NCBI GenBank assembly: GCA_964016885.1 | Contig: OZ024745.1 | Coordinates: 59,334,001-59,398,000 of the forward strand | Direction of reading: 5' to 3' | DNA from: Eledone cirrhosa | Lineage: Eukaryota | Length of the DNA stretch: 64,000 nucleotides | Shown here: one piece after another, positions 11,991 through 25,850 of the stretch | How the letters are laid out: each line of letters opens with the position of its first letter | Numbering within the stretch: position 1 is the stretch's first letter | Notes under the pieces: model-generated | The model's input: the letters and a program-made list of their open reading frames with translations, nothing else | Told to the model about the DNA's origin: nothing | Databases searched by the model: none | Made by a program: the position numbers and the translations under genes

Positions 11991-14900
11991 TGAGAACCTC
12001 GACTTGGAGTGAAAACCTCGACTTGGAGTGAAAACCTCGACTTGGAGTGAAAACCTCGACTTGGAGTGAAAACCTCGACTTGGAGTGAAAACCTCGACTT
12101 GGAGTGAGAACCTCGACTTGGAGTGAAAACCTCGAGTTGGAGTGAAAACCTCGAGTTGGAGTGAAAACCTCGACTTGGAGTGAGAACCTCGACTTGGAGT
12201 GAAAACCTCGACTTGGAGTGAGAACCTCGACTTGGAGTGAAAACCTCGACTTGGAGTGAAAACCTCGACTTGGAGTGAAAACCTCGACTTGGAGTGAAAA
12301 CCTCGACTTGGAGTTAAAACCTCGACTTGGAGTGAGAACCTCGACTTGGAGTGAGAACCTCGACTTGGAGTGAGAACCTCGAGTTGGAGTGAAAACCTCG
12401 ACTTGGAGTGAAAACCTCGACTTGGAGTGAAAACCTCGACTTGGAGTGAAAACCTCGACTTGGAGTGAAAACCTCGACTTGGAGTGAAAACCTCGACTTG
12501 GAGTGAAAACGTCGACTTGGAGTGAGAACCTCGACTTGGAGTGAAAACCTCGACTTGGAGTGAGAACCTCGACTTGGAGTGAGAACCTCGACTTGGAGTG
12601 AGAACCTCGACTTGGAGTGAAAACCTCGACTTGGAGTGAGAACCTCGACTTGGAGTGAAAACCTCGACTTGGAGTGAGAACCTCGACATGGAGTGAGAAC
12701 CTCGACATGGAGTGAAAACCTCGACTTGGAGTGAGAACCTCGACATGGAGTGAGAACCTCGACATGGAGTGAAAACCTCGACTTGGAGTGAGAACCTCGA
12801 CATGGAGTGAGAACCTCGACTTGGAGTGAAAACCTCGACTTGGAGTGAGAACCTCGACTTGGAGTGAAAACCTCGACTTGGAGTGAGAACCTCGACTTGG
12901 AGTGAAAACCTCGAGTTGGAGTGAAAACCTCGACTTGGAGTGAAAACCTCGACTTGGAGTGAAAACCTCGACTTGGAGTGAAAACCTCGACTTGGAGTGA
13001 AAACCTCGACTTGGAGTGAGAACCTCGACTTGGAGTGAAAACCTCGACTTGGAGTGAGAACCTCGACTTGGAGTGAAAACCTCGACTTGGAGTGAGAACC
13101 TCGACTTGGAGTGAAAACCTCGACTTGGAGTGAAAACCTCGACTTGGAGTGAGAACCTCGACTTGGAGTGAAAACCTCGACTTGGAGTGAAAACCTCGAC
13201 TTGGAGTGAAAACCTCGACTTGGAGTGAGAACCTCGACTTGGAGTGAAAACCTCGACTTGGAGTGTAAACTGCGACTTGGAGTGAGAACCTCGACTTGGA
13301 GTGAAAACCTCGACTTGGAGTGTAAACTGGGACTTGGAGTGAGAACCTCGACTTGGAGTGAGAACCTCGACTTGGAGTGAAAACCTCGACTTGGAGTGAA
13401 AACCTCGACTTGGAGTGAAAACCTCGACTTGGAGTGAAAACCTCGACTTGGAGTGAAAACCTCGACTTGGAGTGAGAACCTCGACTTGGAGTGAAAACCT
13501 CGACTTGGAGTGAAAACCTCGACTTGGAGTGAGAACCTCGACTTGGAGTGAAAACCTCGACTTGGAGTGTAAACTGCGACTTGGAGTGAGAACCTCGACT
13601 TGGAGTGAAAACCTCGACTAGGAGTGTAAACTGCGACTCTGAGTGAAAACCTCGACTTGGAGTGAGAACATCGACTTGGAGTGAAAACCTCGACTTGGAG
13701 TGAGAACCTCGACTTGGAGTGAAAACCTCAACTTGGAGTAAGAACCTCGACTTAGAGTGAAAACCTCGACTTGGAGTGAGAACCTCGACTTGGAGTGAAA
13801 ACCTCGACTTGGAGTGAAAACCTCGACTTGGAGTGAAAACCTCGACTTGGAGTGAAAACCTCGACTTGGAGTGAGAACCTCGACTTGGAGTGAGAACCTC
13901 GACTTGGAGTGAAAACCTCGAGTTGGAGTGAAAACCTCGACTTGGAGTGAGAACCTCGAGTTGGAGTGAAAACCTCGACTTGGAGTGAGAACCTCGACTT
14001 GGAGTGAAAACCTCGACTTGGAGTGAAAACCTTGACTTGGAGTGAAAACCTCGACTTGGAGTGAGAACCTCGACTTGGAGTGAAAACCTCGAGTTGGAGT
14101 GAAAACCTCGAGTTGGAGTGAAAACCTCGACTTGGAGTGAAAACCTCGACTTGGAGTGAAAACCTCGACTTGGAGTGAAAACCTCGACTTGGAGTGAAAA
14201 CCTCGACTTGGAGTGAGAACCTCGACTTGGAGTGAAATCCTCGACTTGGAGTGAGAACCTCGACTTGGAGTGAGAACCTCGACTTGGAGGGAAAACCTCG
14301 ACTTGGAGTGAGAACCTCGACTTGGAGTGAAAACCTCGACTTGGAGTGAGAACCTCGACTTGGAGTGAAAACCTCGACTTGGAGTGAGAACCTCGACTTG
14401 GAGTGAAAACCTCGACTTGGAGTGAGAACGTCGACATGGAGTGAGAACCTCGACATGGAGTGAAAACCTCGACTTGGAGTGAGAACCTCGACATGGAGTG
14501 AGAACCTCGACATGGAGTGAGAACCTCGACATGGAGTGAGAACCTCGACATGGAGTGAGAACCTCGACTTGGAGTGAAAACCTCGACTTGGAGTGAGAAC
14601 CTCGACTTGGAGTGAAAACCTCGACTTGGAGTGAGAACTTCGACTTGGAGTGAAAACCTCGACTTGGAGTGAAAACCTCGACTTGGAGTGAGAACCTCGA
14701 CTTGGAGTGAGAACCTCGACTTGGAGTGAGAACCTCGAGTTGGAGTGAAAACCTCGACTTGGAGTGAAAACCTCGAGTTGGAGTGAAAACCTCGACTTGG
14801 AGTGAAAACCTCGACTTGGAGTGAAAACCTCGACTTGGAGTGAAAACCTCGACTTGGAGTGAAAACCTCGACTTGGAGTGAAAACCTCGACTTGGAGTGA

Positions 14901-16199
14901 GAACCTCGACTTGGAGTGAGAACCTCGACTTGGAGTGAAAACCTCGACTTGGAGTGAGAACCTCGACTTGGAGTGAAAACCTCGACTTGGAGTGAGAACC
15001 TCGACTTGGAGTGAAAACCTCGACTTGGAGTGAGAACCTCGACTTGGAGTGAAAACCTCGACTTGGAGTGAGAACCTCGACATGGAGTGAGAACCTCGAC
15101 ATGGAGTGAAAACCTCGACTTGGAGTCAGAACCTCGACATGGAGTGAGAACCTCGACATGGAGTGAAAACCTCGACTTGGAGTGAGAACCTCGACATGGA
15201 GTGAGAACCTCGACTTGGAGTGAAAACCTCGACTTGGAGTGAGAACCTCGACTTGGAGTGAAAACCTCGACTTGGAGTGAGAACCTCGACTTGGAGTGAA
15301 AACCTCGACTTGGAGTGAAAACCTCGACTTGGAGTGAAAACCTCGACTTGGAGTGAGAACCTCGACTTGGAGTGAGAACCTCGAGTTGGAGTGAAAACCT
15401 CGACTTGGAGTGAAAACCTCGAGTTGGAGTGAAAACCTCGACTTGGAGTGAAAACCTCGACTTGGAGTGAAAACCTCGACTTGGAGTGAAAACCTCGACT
15501 TGGAGTGAAAACCTCGACTTGGAGTGAAAACCTCGACTTGGAGTGTGAACCTCGACTTGGAGTGAAAACCTCGACTTGGAGTGAGAACCTCGACTTGGAG
15601 TGAAAACCTCGACTTGGAGTGAGAACCTCGACTTGGAGTGAGAACCTCGAGTTGGAGTGAAAACCTCGAGTTGGAGTGAAAACCTCGAGTTGGAGTGAAA
15701 ACCTCGACTTGGAGTGAAAACCTCGACTTGGAGTGAAAACCTCGACTTGGAGTGAAAACCTCGACTTGGAGTGAAAACCTCGACTTGGAGTGTGAACCTC
15801 GACTTGGAGTGAAAACCTCGACTTGGAGTGAGAACCTCGACTTGGAGTGAAAACCTCGACTTGGAGTGAGAACCTCGACTTGGAGTGAAAACCTCGACTT
15901 GGAGTGAAAACCTCGACTTGGAGTGAGAACCTCGACTTGGAGTGAAAACCTCGACTTGGAGTGAGAACCTCGACTTGGAGTGAAAACCTCGACTTGGAGT
16001 GAAAACCTCGACTTGGAGTGAGAACCTCGACTTGGAGTGAAAACCTCGACTTGGAGTGAAAACCTCGACTTGGAGTGAAAACCTCGACTTGGAGTGAAAA
16101 CCTCGACTTGGAGTGAGAACCTCGACTTGGAGTGAAAACCTCGACTTGGAGTGTAAACTGCGACTTGGAGTGAGAACCTCGACTTGGAGTGAAAACCTC

Positions 16200-19100
16200 G
16201 ACTTGGAGTGTAAACTGCGACTTGGAGTGATAACCTCGACTTGGAGTGAAAACCTCGACTTGGAGTGTAAACTGCGACTCTGAGTGAAAACCTCGACTTG
16301 GAGTGAGAACATCGACTTGGAGTGAAAACCTCGACTTGGAGTGAGAACCTCGACTTGGAGTGAGAACCTCGACTTGGAGTGAAAACCTCGACTTGGAGTA
16401 AGAACCTCGACTTGGAGTGAAAACCTCGACTTGGAGTGAAAACCTCGACTTGGAGTGAAAACCTCGACTTGGAGTGAAAACCTCGACTTGGAGTGAAAAC
16501 CTCGACTTGGAGTGAAAACCTCGACTTGGAGTGAAAACCTCGACTTGGAGTGAGAACCTCGACTTGGAGTGAAAACCTCGAGTTGGAGTGAAAACCTCGA
16601 CTTGGAGTGAGAACCTCGACTTGGAGTGAAAACCTCGACTTGGAGTGAAAACCTCGACTTGGAGTGAGAACCTCGACTTGGAGTGAAAACCTCGACTTGG
16701 AGTGAAAACCTCGACTTGGAGTTAAAACCTCGACTTGGAGTTAAAACCTCGACTTGGAGTGAGAACCTCGACTTGGAGTGAGAACCTCGACTTGGAGTGA
16801 GAACCTCGACTTGGAGTGAAAACCTCGACTTGGAGTGAAAACCTCGACTTGGAGTGAAAACCTCGACTTGGAGTGAAAACCTCGACTTGGAGTGAAAACC
16901 TCGACTTGGAGTGAAAACCTCGACTTGGAGTGAGAACCTCGACTTGGAGTGAAAACCTCGACTTGGAGTGAGAACCTCGACTTGGAGTGAGAACCTCGAC
17001 TTGGAGTGAAAACCTCGACTTGGAGTGAGAACCTCGACTTGGAGTGAAAACCTCGAGTTGGAGTGAAAACCTCGACTTGGAGTGAGAACCTCGACTTGGA
17101 GTGAAAACCTCGACTTGGAGTGAAAACCTCGACTTGGAGTGAGAACCTCGACTTGGAGTGAAAACCTCGACTTGGAGTGAAAACCTCGACTTGGAGTTAA
17201 AACCTCGACTTGGAGTTAAAACCTCGACTTGGAGTGAGAACCTCGACTTGGAGTGAGAACCTCGACTTGGAGTGAGAACCTCGACTTGGAGTGAAAACCT
17301 CGACTTGGAGTGAAAACCTCGACTTGGAGTGAAAACCTCGACTTGGAGTGAAAACCTCGACTTGGAGTGAAAACCTCGACTTGGAGTGAAAACCTCGACT
17401 TGGAGTGAGAACCTCGACTTGGAGTGAAAACCTCGACTTGGAGTGAGAACCTCGACTTGGAGTGAGAACCTCGACTTGGAGTGAAAACCTCGACTTGGAG
17501 TGAGAACCTCGACTTGGAGTGAAAACCTCGACTTGGAGTGAAAACCTCGACTTGGAGTGAGAACCTCGACATGGAGTGAGAACCTCGACATGGAGTGAAA
17601 ACCTCGACTTGGAGTGAGAACCTCGACATGGAGTGAGAACCTCGACATGGAGTGAAAACCTCGACTTGGAGTGAGAACCTCGACATGGAGTGAGAACCTC
17701 GACTTGGAGTGAAAACCTCGACTTGGAGTGAGAACCTCGACTTGGAGTGAAAACCTCGACTTGGAGTGAGAACCTCGACTTGGAGTGAAAACCTCGACTT
17801 GGAGTGAAAACCTCGACTTGGAGTGAGAACCTCGACTTGGAGTGAGAACCTCGACTTGGAGTGAGAACCTCGAGTTGGAGTGAAAACCTCGAGTTGGAGT
17901 GAAAACCTCGACTTGGAGTGAAAACCTCGAGTTGGAGTGAAAACCTCGACTTGGAGTGAAAACCTCGACTTGGAGTGAAAACCTCGACTTGGAGTGAAAA
18001 CCTCGACTTGGAGTGAAAACCTCGACTTGGAGTGAAAACCTCGACTTGGAGTGAGAACCTCGACTTGGAGTGAAAACCTCGACTTGGAGTGAGAACCTCG
18101 ACTTGGAGTGAAAACCTCGACTTGGAGTGAAAACCTCGACTTGGAGTGAAAACCTCGACTTGGAGTGAAAACCTCGACTTGGAGTGAGAACCTCGACTTG
18201 GAGTGAAAACCTCGACTTGGAGTGTAAACTGCGACTTGGAGTGAGAACCTCGACTTGGAGTGAAAACCTCGACTTGGAGTGTAAACTGCGACTTGGAGTG
18301 AGAACCTCGACTTGGAGTGAAAACCTCGACTTGGAGTGTAAACTGCGACTCTGAGTGAAAACCTCGACTTGGAGTGAGAACATCGACTTGGAGTGAAAAC
18401 CTCGACTTGGAGTGAGAACCTCGACTTGGAGTGAGAACATCGACTTGGAGTGAAAACCTCGACTTGGAGTAAGAACCTCGACTTGGAGTGAAAACCTCGA
18501 CTTGGAGTGAAAACCTCGACTTGGAGTGAAAACCTCGACTTGGAGTGAGAACCTCGACTTGGAGTGAAAACCTCGAGTTGGAGTGAAAACGTCGAGTTGG
18601 AGTGAAAACCTCGACTTGGAGTGAGAACCTCGACTTGGAGTGAAAACCTCGACTTGGAGTGAGAACCTCGACTTGGAGTGAAAACCTCGACTTGGAGTGA
18701 AAACCTCGACTTGGAGTGAAAACCTCGACTTGGAGTTAAAACCTCGACTTGGAGTGAGAACCTCGACTTGGAGTGAGAACCTCGACTTGGAGTGAGAACC
18801 TCGACTTGGAGTGAAAACCTCGAGTTGGAGTGAAAACCTCGACTTGGAGTGAAAACCTCGACTTGGACTGAAAACCTCGACTTGGAGTGAAAACCTCGAC
18901 TTGGAGTGAAAACCTCGACTTGGAGTGAGAACCTCGACTTGGAGTGAGAACCTCGACTTGGAGTGAGAACCTCGACTTGGAGTGAGAACCTCGACTTGGA
19001 GTGAAAACCTCGACTTGGAGTGAGAACCTCGACTTGGAGTGAAAACCTCGACTTGGAGTGAAAACCTCGACTTGGAGTGAGAACCTCGACTTGGAGTGAA

Positions 19101-22100
19101 AACCTCGACTTGGAGTGAAAACCTCGACTTGGAGTGAAAACCTCGACTTGGAGTGAAAACCTCGACTTGGAGTGAGAACCTCGACTTGGAGTGAGAACCT
19201 CGACTTGGAGTGAAAACCTCGAGTTGGAGTGAAAACCTCGACTTGGAGTGAGAACCTCGAGTTGGAGTGAAAACCTCGACTTGGAGTGAGAACCTCGACT
19301 TGGAGTGAAAACCTCGACTTGGAGTGAAAACCTCGACTTGGAGTGAAAACCTTGACTTGGAGTGAAAACCTCGACTTGGAGTGAGAACCTCGACTTGGAG
19401 TGAAAACCTCGAGTTGGAGTGAAAACCTCGACTTGGAGTGAAAACCTCGACTTGGAGTGAAAACCTCGACTTGGAGTGAAAACCTCGACTTGGAGTGAGA
19501 ACCTCGACTTGGAGTGAAATCCTCGACTTGGAGTGGGAACCTCGACTTGGAGTGAGAACCTCGACTTGGAGTGAAAACCTCGACTTGGAGTGAGAACCTC
19601 GACTTGGAGTGAAAACCTCGACTTGGAGTGAGAACCTCGACTTGGAGTGAAAACCTCGACTTGGAGTGAGAACCTCGACTTGGAGTGAAAACCTCGACTT
19701 GGAGTGAGAACCTCGACATGGAGTGAGAACCTCGACATGGAGTGAAAACCTCGACTTGGAGTGAGAACCTCGACATGGAGTGAGAACCTCGACATGGAGT
19801 GAGAACCTCGACATGGAGTGAGAACCTCGACATGGAGTGAGAACCTCGACTTGGAGTGAAAACCTCGACTTGGAGTGAGAACCTCGACTTGGAGTGAAAA
19901 CCTCGACTTGGAGTGAGAACCTCGACTTGGAGTGAAAACCTCGACTTGGAGTGAAAACCTCGACTTGGAGTGAAAACCTCGACTTGGAGTGAGAACCTCG
20001 ACTTGGAGTGAGAACCTCGAGTTGGAGTGAAAACCTCGACTTGGAGTGAAAACCTCGAGTTGGAGTGAAAACCTCGACTTGGAGTGAAAACCTCGAGTTG
20101 GAGTGAAAACCTCGACTTGGAGTGAAAACCTCGACTTGGAGTGAAAACCTCGACTTGGAGTGAAAACCTCGACTTGGAGTGAAAACCTCGACTTGGAGTG
20201 TGAACCTCGACTTGGAGTGAAAACCTCGACTTGGAGTGAGAACCTCGACTTGGAGTGAAAACCTCGACTTGGAGTGAGAACCTCGACTTGGAGTGAGAAT
20301 CTCGAGTTGGAGTGAAAACCTCGAGTTGGAGTGAAAACCTCGAGTTGGAGTGAAAACCTCGACTTGGAGTGAAAACCTCGACTTGGAGTGAAAACCTCGA
20401 CTTGGAGTGAAAACCTCGACTTGGAGTGAAAACCTCGACTTGGAGTGTGAACCTCGACTTGGAGTGAAAACCTCGACTTGGAGTGAGAACCTCGACTTGG
20501 AGTGAAAACCTCGACTTGGAGTGAGAACCTCGACTTGGAGTGAAAACCTCGACTTGGAGTGAAAACCTCGACTTGGAGTGAGAACCTCGACTTGGAGTGA
20601 AAACCTCGACTTGGAGTGAGAACCTCGACTTGGAGTGAAAACCTCGACTTGGAGTGAAAACCTCGACTTGGAGTGAGAACCTCGACTTGGAGTGAAAACC
20701 TCGACTTGGAGTGAAAACCTCGACTTGGAGTGAAAACCTCGACTTGGAGTGAAAACCTCGACTTGGAGTGAGAACCTCGACTTGGAGTGAAAACCTCGAC
20801 TTGGAGTGTAAACTGCGACTTGGAGTGAGAACCTCGACTTGGAGTGAAAACCTCGACTTGGAGTGTAAACTGCGACTTGGAGTGAGAACCTCGACTTGGA
20901 GTGAAAACCTCGACTTGGAGTGTAAACTGCGACTCTGAGTGAAAACCTCGACTTGGAGTGAGAACATCGACTTGGAGTGAAAACCTCGACTTGGAGTGAG
21001 AACCTCGACTTGGAGTGAGAACCTCGACTTGGAGTGAAAACCTCGACTTGGAGTAAGAACCTCGACTTGCAGTGAAAACCTCGACTTGGAGTGAGAACCT
21101 CGACATGGAGTGAGAACCTCGACATGGAGTGAAAACCTCGACTTGGAGTCAGAACCTCGACATGGAGTGAGAACCTCGACATGGAGTGAAAACCTCGACT
21201 TGGAGTGTAAACTGCGACTTGGAGTGATAACCTCGACTTGGAGTGAAAACCTCGACTTGGAGTGTAAACTGCGACTCTGAGTGAAAACCTCGACTTGGAG
21301 TGAGAACATCGACTTGGAGTGAAAACCTCGACTTGGAGTGAGAACCTCGACTTGGAGTGAGAACCTCGACTTGGAGTGAAAACCTCGACTTGGAGTAAGA
21401 ACCTCGACTTGGAGTGAAAACCTCGACTTGGAGTGAAAACCTCGACTTGGAGTGAAAACCTCGACTTGGAGTGAAAACCTCGACTTGGAGTGAAAACCTC
21501 GACTTGGAGTGAAAACCTCGACTTGGAGTGAGAACCTCGACTTGGAGTGAAAACCTCGAGTTGGAGTGAAAACCTCGACTTGGAGTGAGAACCTCGACTT
21601 GGAGTGAAAACCTCGACTTGGAGTGAAAACCTCGACTTGGAGTGAGAACCTCGACTTGGAGTGAAAACCTCGACTTGGAGTGAAAACCTCGACTTGGAGT
21701 TAAAACCTCGACTTGGAGTTAAAACCTCGACTTGGAGTGAGAACCTCGACTTGGAGTGAGAACCTCGACTTGGAGTGAGAACCTCGACTTGGAGTGAGAA
21801 CCTCGACTTGGAGTGAAAACCTCGACTTGGAGTGAAAACCTCGACTTGGAGTGAAAACCTCGACTTGGAGTGAAAACCTCGACTTGGAGTGAAAACCTCG
21901 ACTTGGAGTGAAAACCTCGACTTGGAGTGAGAACCTCGACTTGGAGTGAAAACCTCGACTTGGAGTGAGAACCTCGACTTGGAGTGAGAACCTCGACTTG
22001 GAGTGAAAACCTCGACTTGGAGTGAGAACCTCGACTTGGAGTGAAAACCTCGACATGGAGTGAAAACCTCGACTTGGAGTGAGAACCTCGACTTGGAGTG

Positions 22101-25100
22101 AAAACCTCGACTTGGAGTGAAAACCTCGACTTGGAGTGAGAACCTCGACATGGAGTGAGAACCTCGACATGGAGTGAAAACCTCGACTTGGAGTGAGAAC
22201 CTCGACATGGAGTGAGAACCTCGACATGGAGTGAAAACCTCGACTTGGAGTGAGAACCTCGACATGGAGTGAGAACCTCGACTTGGAGTGAAAACCTCGA
22301 CTTGGAGTGAGAACCTCGACTTGGAGTGAAAACCTCGACTTGGAGTGAGAACCTCGACTTGGAGTGAAAACCTCGACTTGGAGTGAAAACCTCGACTTGG
22401 AGTGAGAACCTCGACTTGGAGTGAGATCCTCGACTTGGAGTGAGAACCTCGAGTTGGAGTGAAAACCTCGACTTGGAGTGAAAACCTCGAGTTGGAGTGA
22501 AAACCTCGACTTGGAGTGAAAACCTCGACTTGGAGTGAAAACCTCGACTTGGAGTGAAAACCTCGACTTGGAGTGAAAACCTCGACTTGGAGTGAGAACC
22601 TCGACTTGGAGTGAAAACCTCGACTTGGAGTGAGAACCTCGACTTGGAGTGAAAACCTCGACTTGGAGTGAAAACCTCGACTTGGAGTGAGAACCTCGAC
22701 TTGGAGTGAAAACCTCGACTTGGAGTGAGAACCTCGACTTGGAGTGAAAACCTCGACTTGGAGTGAGAACCTCGACTTGGAGTGAAAACCTCGACTTGGA
22801 GTGAAAACCTCGACTTGGAGTGAAAACCTCGACTTGGAGTGAAAACCTCGACTTGGAGTGAGAACCTCGACTTGGAGTGAAAACCTCGACTTGGAGTGTA
22901 AACTGCGACTTGGAGTGAGAACCTCGACTTGGAGTGAAAACCTCGACTTGGAGTGTAAACTGCGACTTGGAGTGAGAACCTCGACTTGGAGTGAAAACCT
23001 CGACTTGGAGTGTAAACTGCGACTCTGAGTGAAAACCTCGACTTGGAGTGAGAACATCGACTTGGAGTGAAAACCTCGACTTGGAGTGAGAACCTCGACT
23101 TGGAGTGAGAACATCGACTTGGAGTGAAAACCTCGACTTGGAGTAAGAACCTCGACTTGGAGTGAAAACCTCGACTTGGAGTGAAAACCTCGACTTGGAG
23201 TGAAAACCTCGACTTGGAGTGAGAACCTCGACTTGGAGTGAAAACCTCGAGTTGGAGTGAAAACGTCGAGTTGGAGTGAAAACCTCGACTTGGAGTGAGA
23301 ACCTCGACTTGGAGTGAAAACCTCGACTTGGAGTGAGAACCTCGACTTGGAGTGAAAACCTCGACTTGGAGTGAAAACCTCGACTTGGAGTGAAAACCTC
23401 GACTTGGAGTTAAAACCTCGACTTGGAGTGAGAACCTCGACTTGGAGTGAGAACCTCGACTTGGAGTGAGAACCTCGACTTGGAGTGAAAACCTCGAGTT
23501 GGAGTGAAAACCTCGACTTGGAGTGAAAACCTCGACTTGGACTGAAAACCTCGACTTGGAGTGAAAACCTCGACTTGGAGTGAAAACCTCGACTTGGAGT
23601 GAGAACCTCGACTTGGAGTGAGAACCTCGACTTGGAGTGAGAACCTCGACTTGGAGTGAGAACCTCGACTTGGAGTGAAAACCTCGACTTGGAGTGAGAA
23701 CCTCGACTTGGAGTGAAAACCTCGACTTGGAGTGAAAACCTCGACTTGGAGTGAGAACCTCGACTTGGAGTGAAAACCTCGACTTGGAGTGAAAACCTCG
23801 ACTTGGAGTGAAAACCTCGACTTGGAGTGAAAACCTCGACTTGGAGTGAGAACCTCGACTTGGAGTGAGAACCTCGACTTGGAGTGAAAACCTCGAGTTG
23901 GAGTGAAAACCTCGACTTGGAGTGAGAACCTCGAGTTGGAGTGAAAACCTCGACTTGGAGTGAGAACCTCGACTTGGAGTGAAAACCTCGACTTGGAGTG
24001 AAAACCTTGACTTGGAGTGAAAACCTCGACTTGGAGTGAGAACCTCGACTTGGAGTGAAAACCTCGAGTTGGAGTGAAAACCTCGACTTGGAGTGAAAAC
24101 CTCGACTTGGAGTGAAAACCTCGACTTGGAGTGAAAACCTCGACTTGGAGTGAGAACCTCGACTTGGAGTGAAATCCTCGACTTGGAGTGAGAACCTCGA
24201 CTTGGAGTGAGAACCTCGACTTGGAGTGAAAACCTCGACTTGGAGTGAGAACCTCGACTTGGAGTGAAAACCTCGACTTGGAGTGAGAACCTCGACTTGG
24301 AGTGAAAACCTCGACTTGGAGTGAGAACCTCGACTTGGAGTGAAAACCTCGACTTGGAGTGAGAACCTCGACATGGAGTGAGAACCTCGACATGGAGTGA
24401 AAACCTCGACTTGGAGTGAGAACCTCGACATGGAGTGAGAACCTCGACATGGAGTGAGAACCTCGACATGGAGTGAGAACCTCGACATGGAGTGAGAACC
24501 TCGACTTGGAGTGAAAACCTCGACTTGGAGTGAGAACCTCGACTTGGAGTGAAAACCTCGACTTGGAGTGAGAACCTCGACTTGGAGTGAAAACCTCGAC
24601 TTGGAGTGAAAACCTCGACTTGGAGTGAGAACCTCGACTTGGAGTGAGAACCTCGACTTGGAGTGAGAACCTCGAGTTGGAGTGAAAACCTCGACTTGGA
24701 GTGAAAACCTCGAGTTGGAGTGAAAACCTCGACTTGGAGTGAAAACCTCGACTTGGAGTGAAAACCTCGACTTGGAGTGAAAACCTCGACTTGGAGTGAA
24801 AACCTCGACTTGGAGTGTGAACCTCGACTTGGAGTGAAAACCTCGACTTGGAGTGAGAACCTCGACTTGGAGTGAAAACCTCGACTTGGAGTGAGAACCT
24901 CGACTTGGAGTGAGAACCTCGAGTTGGAGTGAAAACCTCGAGTTGGAGTGAAAACCTCGAGTTGGAGTGAAAACCTCGACTTGGAGTGAAAACCTCGACT
25001 TGGAGTGAAAACCTCGACTTGGAGTGAAAACCTCGACTTGGAGTGAAAACCTCGACTTGGAGTGTGAACCTCGACTTGGAGTGAAAACCTCGACTTGGAG

Positions 25101-25850
25101 TGAGAACCTCGACTTGGAGTGAAAACCTCGACTTGGAGTGAGAACCTCGACTTGGAGTGAAAACCTCGACTTGGAGTGAAAACCTCGACTTGGAGTGAGA
25201 ACCTCGACTTGGAGTGAAAACCTCGACTTGGAGTGAGAACCTCGACTTGGAGTGAAAACCTCGACTTGGAGTGAAAACCTCGACTTGGAGTGAGAACCTC
25301 GACTTGGAGTGAAAACCTCGACTTGGAGTGAAAACCTCGACTTGGAGTGAAAACCTCGACTTGGAGTGAAAACCTCGACTTGGAGTGAGAACCTCGACTT
25401 GGAGTGAAAACCTCGACTTGGAGTGTAAACTGCGACTTGGAGTGAGAACCTCGACTTGGAGTGAAAACCTCGACTTGGAGTGTAAACTGCGACTTGGAGT
25501 GAGAACCTCGACTTGGAGTGAAAACCTCGACTTGGAGTGTAAACTGCGACTCTGAGTGAAAACCTCGACTTGGAGTGAGAACATCGACTTGGAGTGAAAA
25601 CCTCGACTTGGAGTGAGAACCTCGACTTGGAGTGAGAACCTCGACTTGGAGTGAAAACCTCGACTTGGAGTAAGAACCTCGACTTGGAGTGAAAACCTCG
25701 ACTTGGAGTGAGAACCTCGACATGGAGTGAGAACCTCGACATGGAGTGAAAACCTCGACTTGGAGTCAGAACCTCGACATGGAGTGAGAACCTCGACATG
25801 GAGTGAAAACCTCGACTTGGAGTGAGAACCTCGACATGGAGTGAGAACCT
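16200..25850. repeat. Imperfect tandem duplication of a ~4.6-5.0 kb block (243-263 monomers)
   Basis: Marker pairs: 16265/21262 (4997), 18336/23010 (4674), 20920/25537 (4617), GTCAGAAC 21148/25765 (4617), ORF ends 18736/23410 (4674). All offsets are multiples of 19. Confidence 0.82.
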
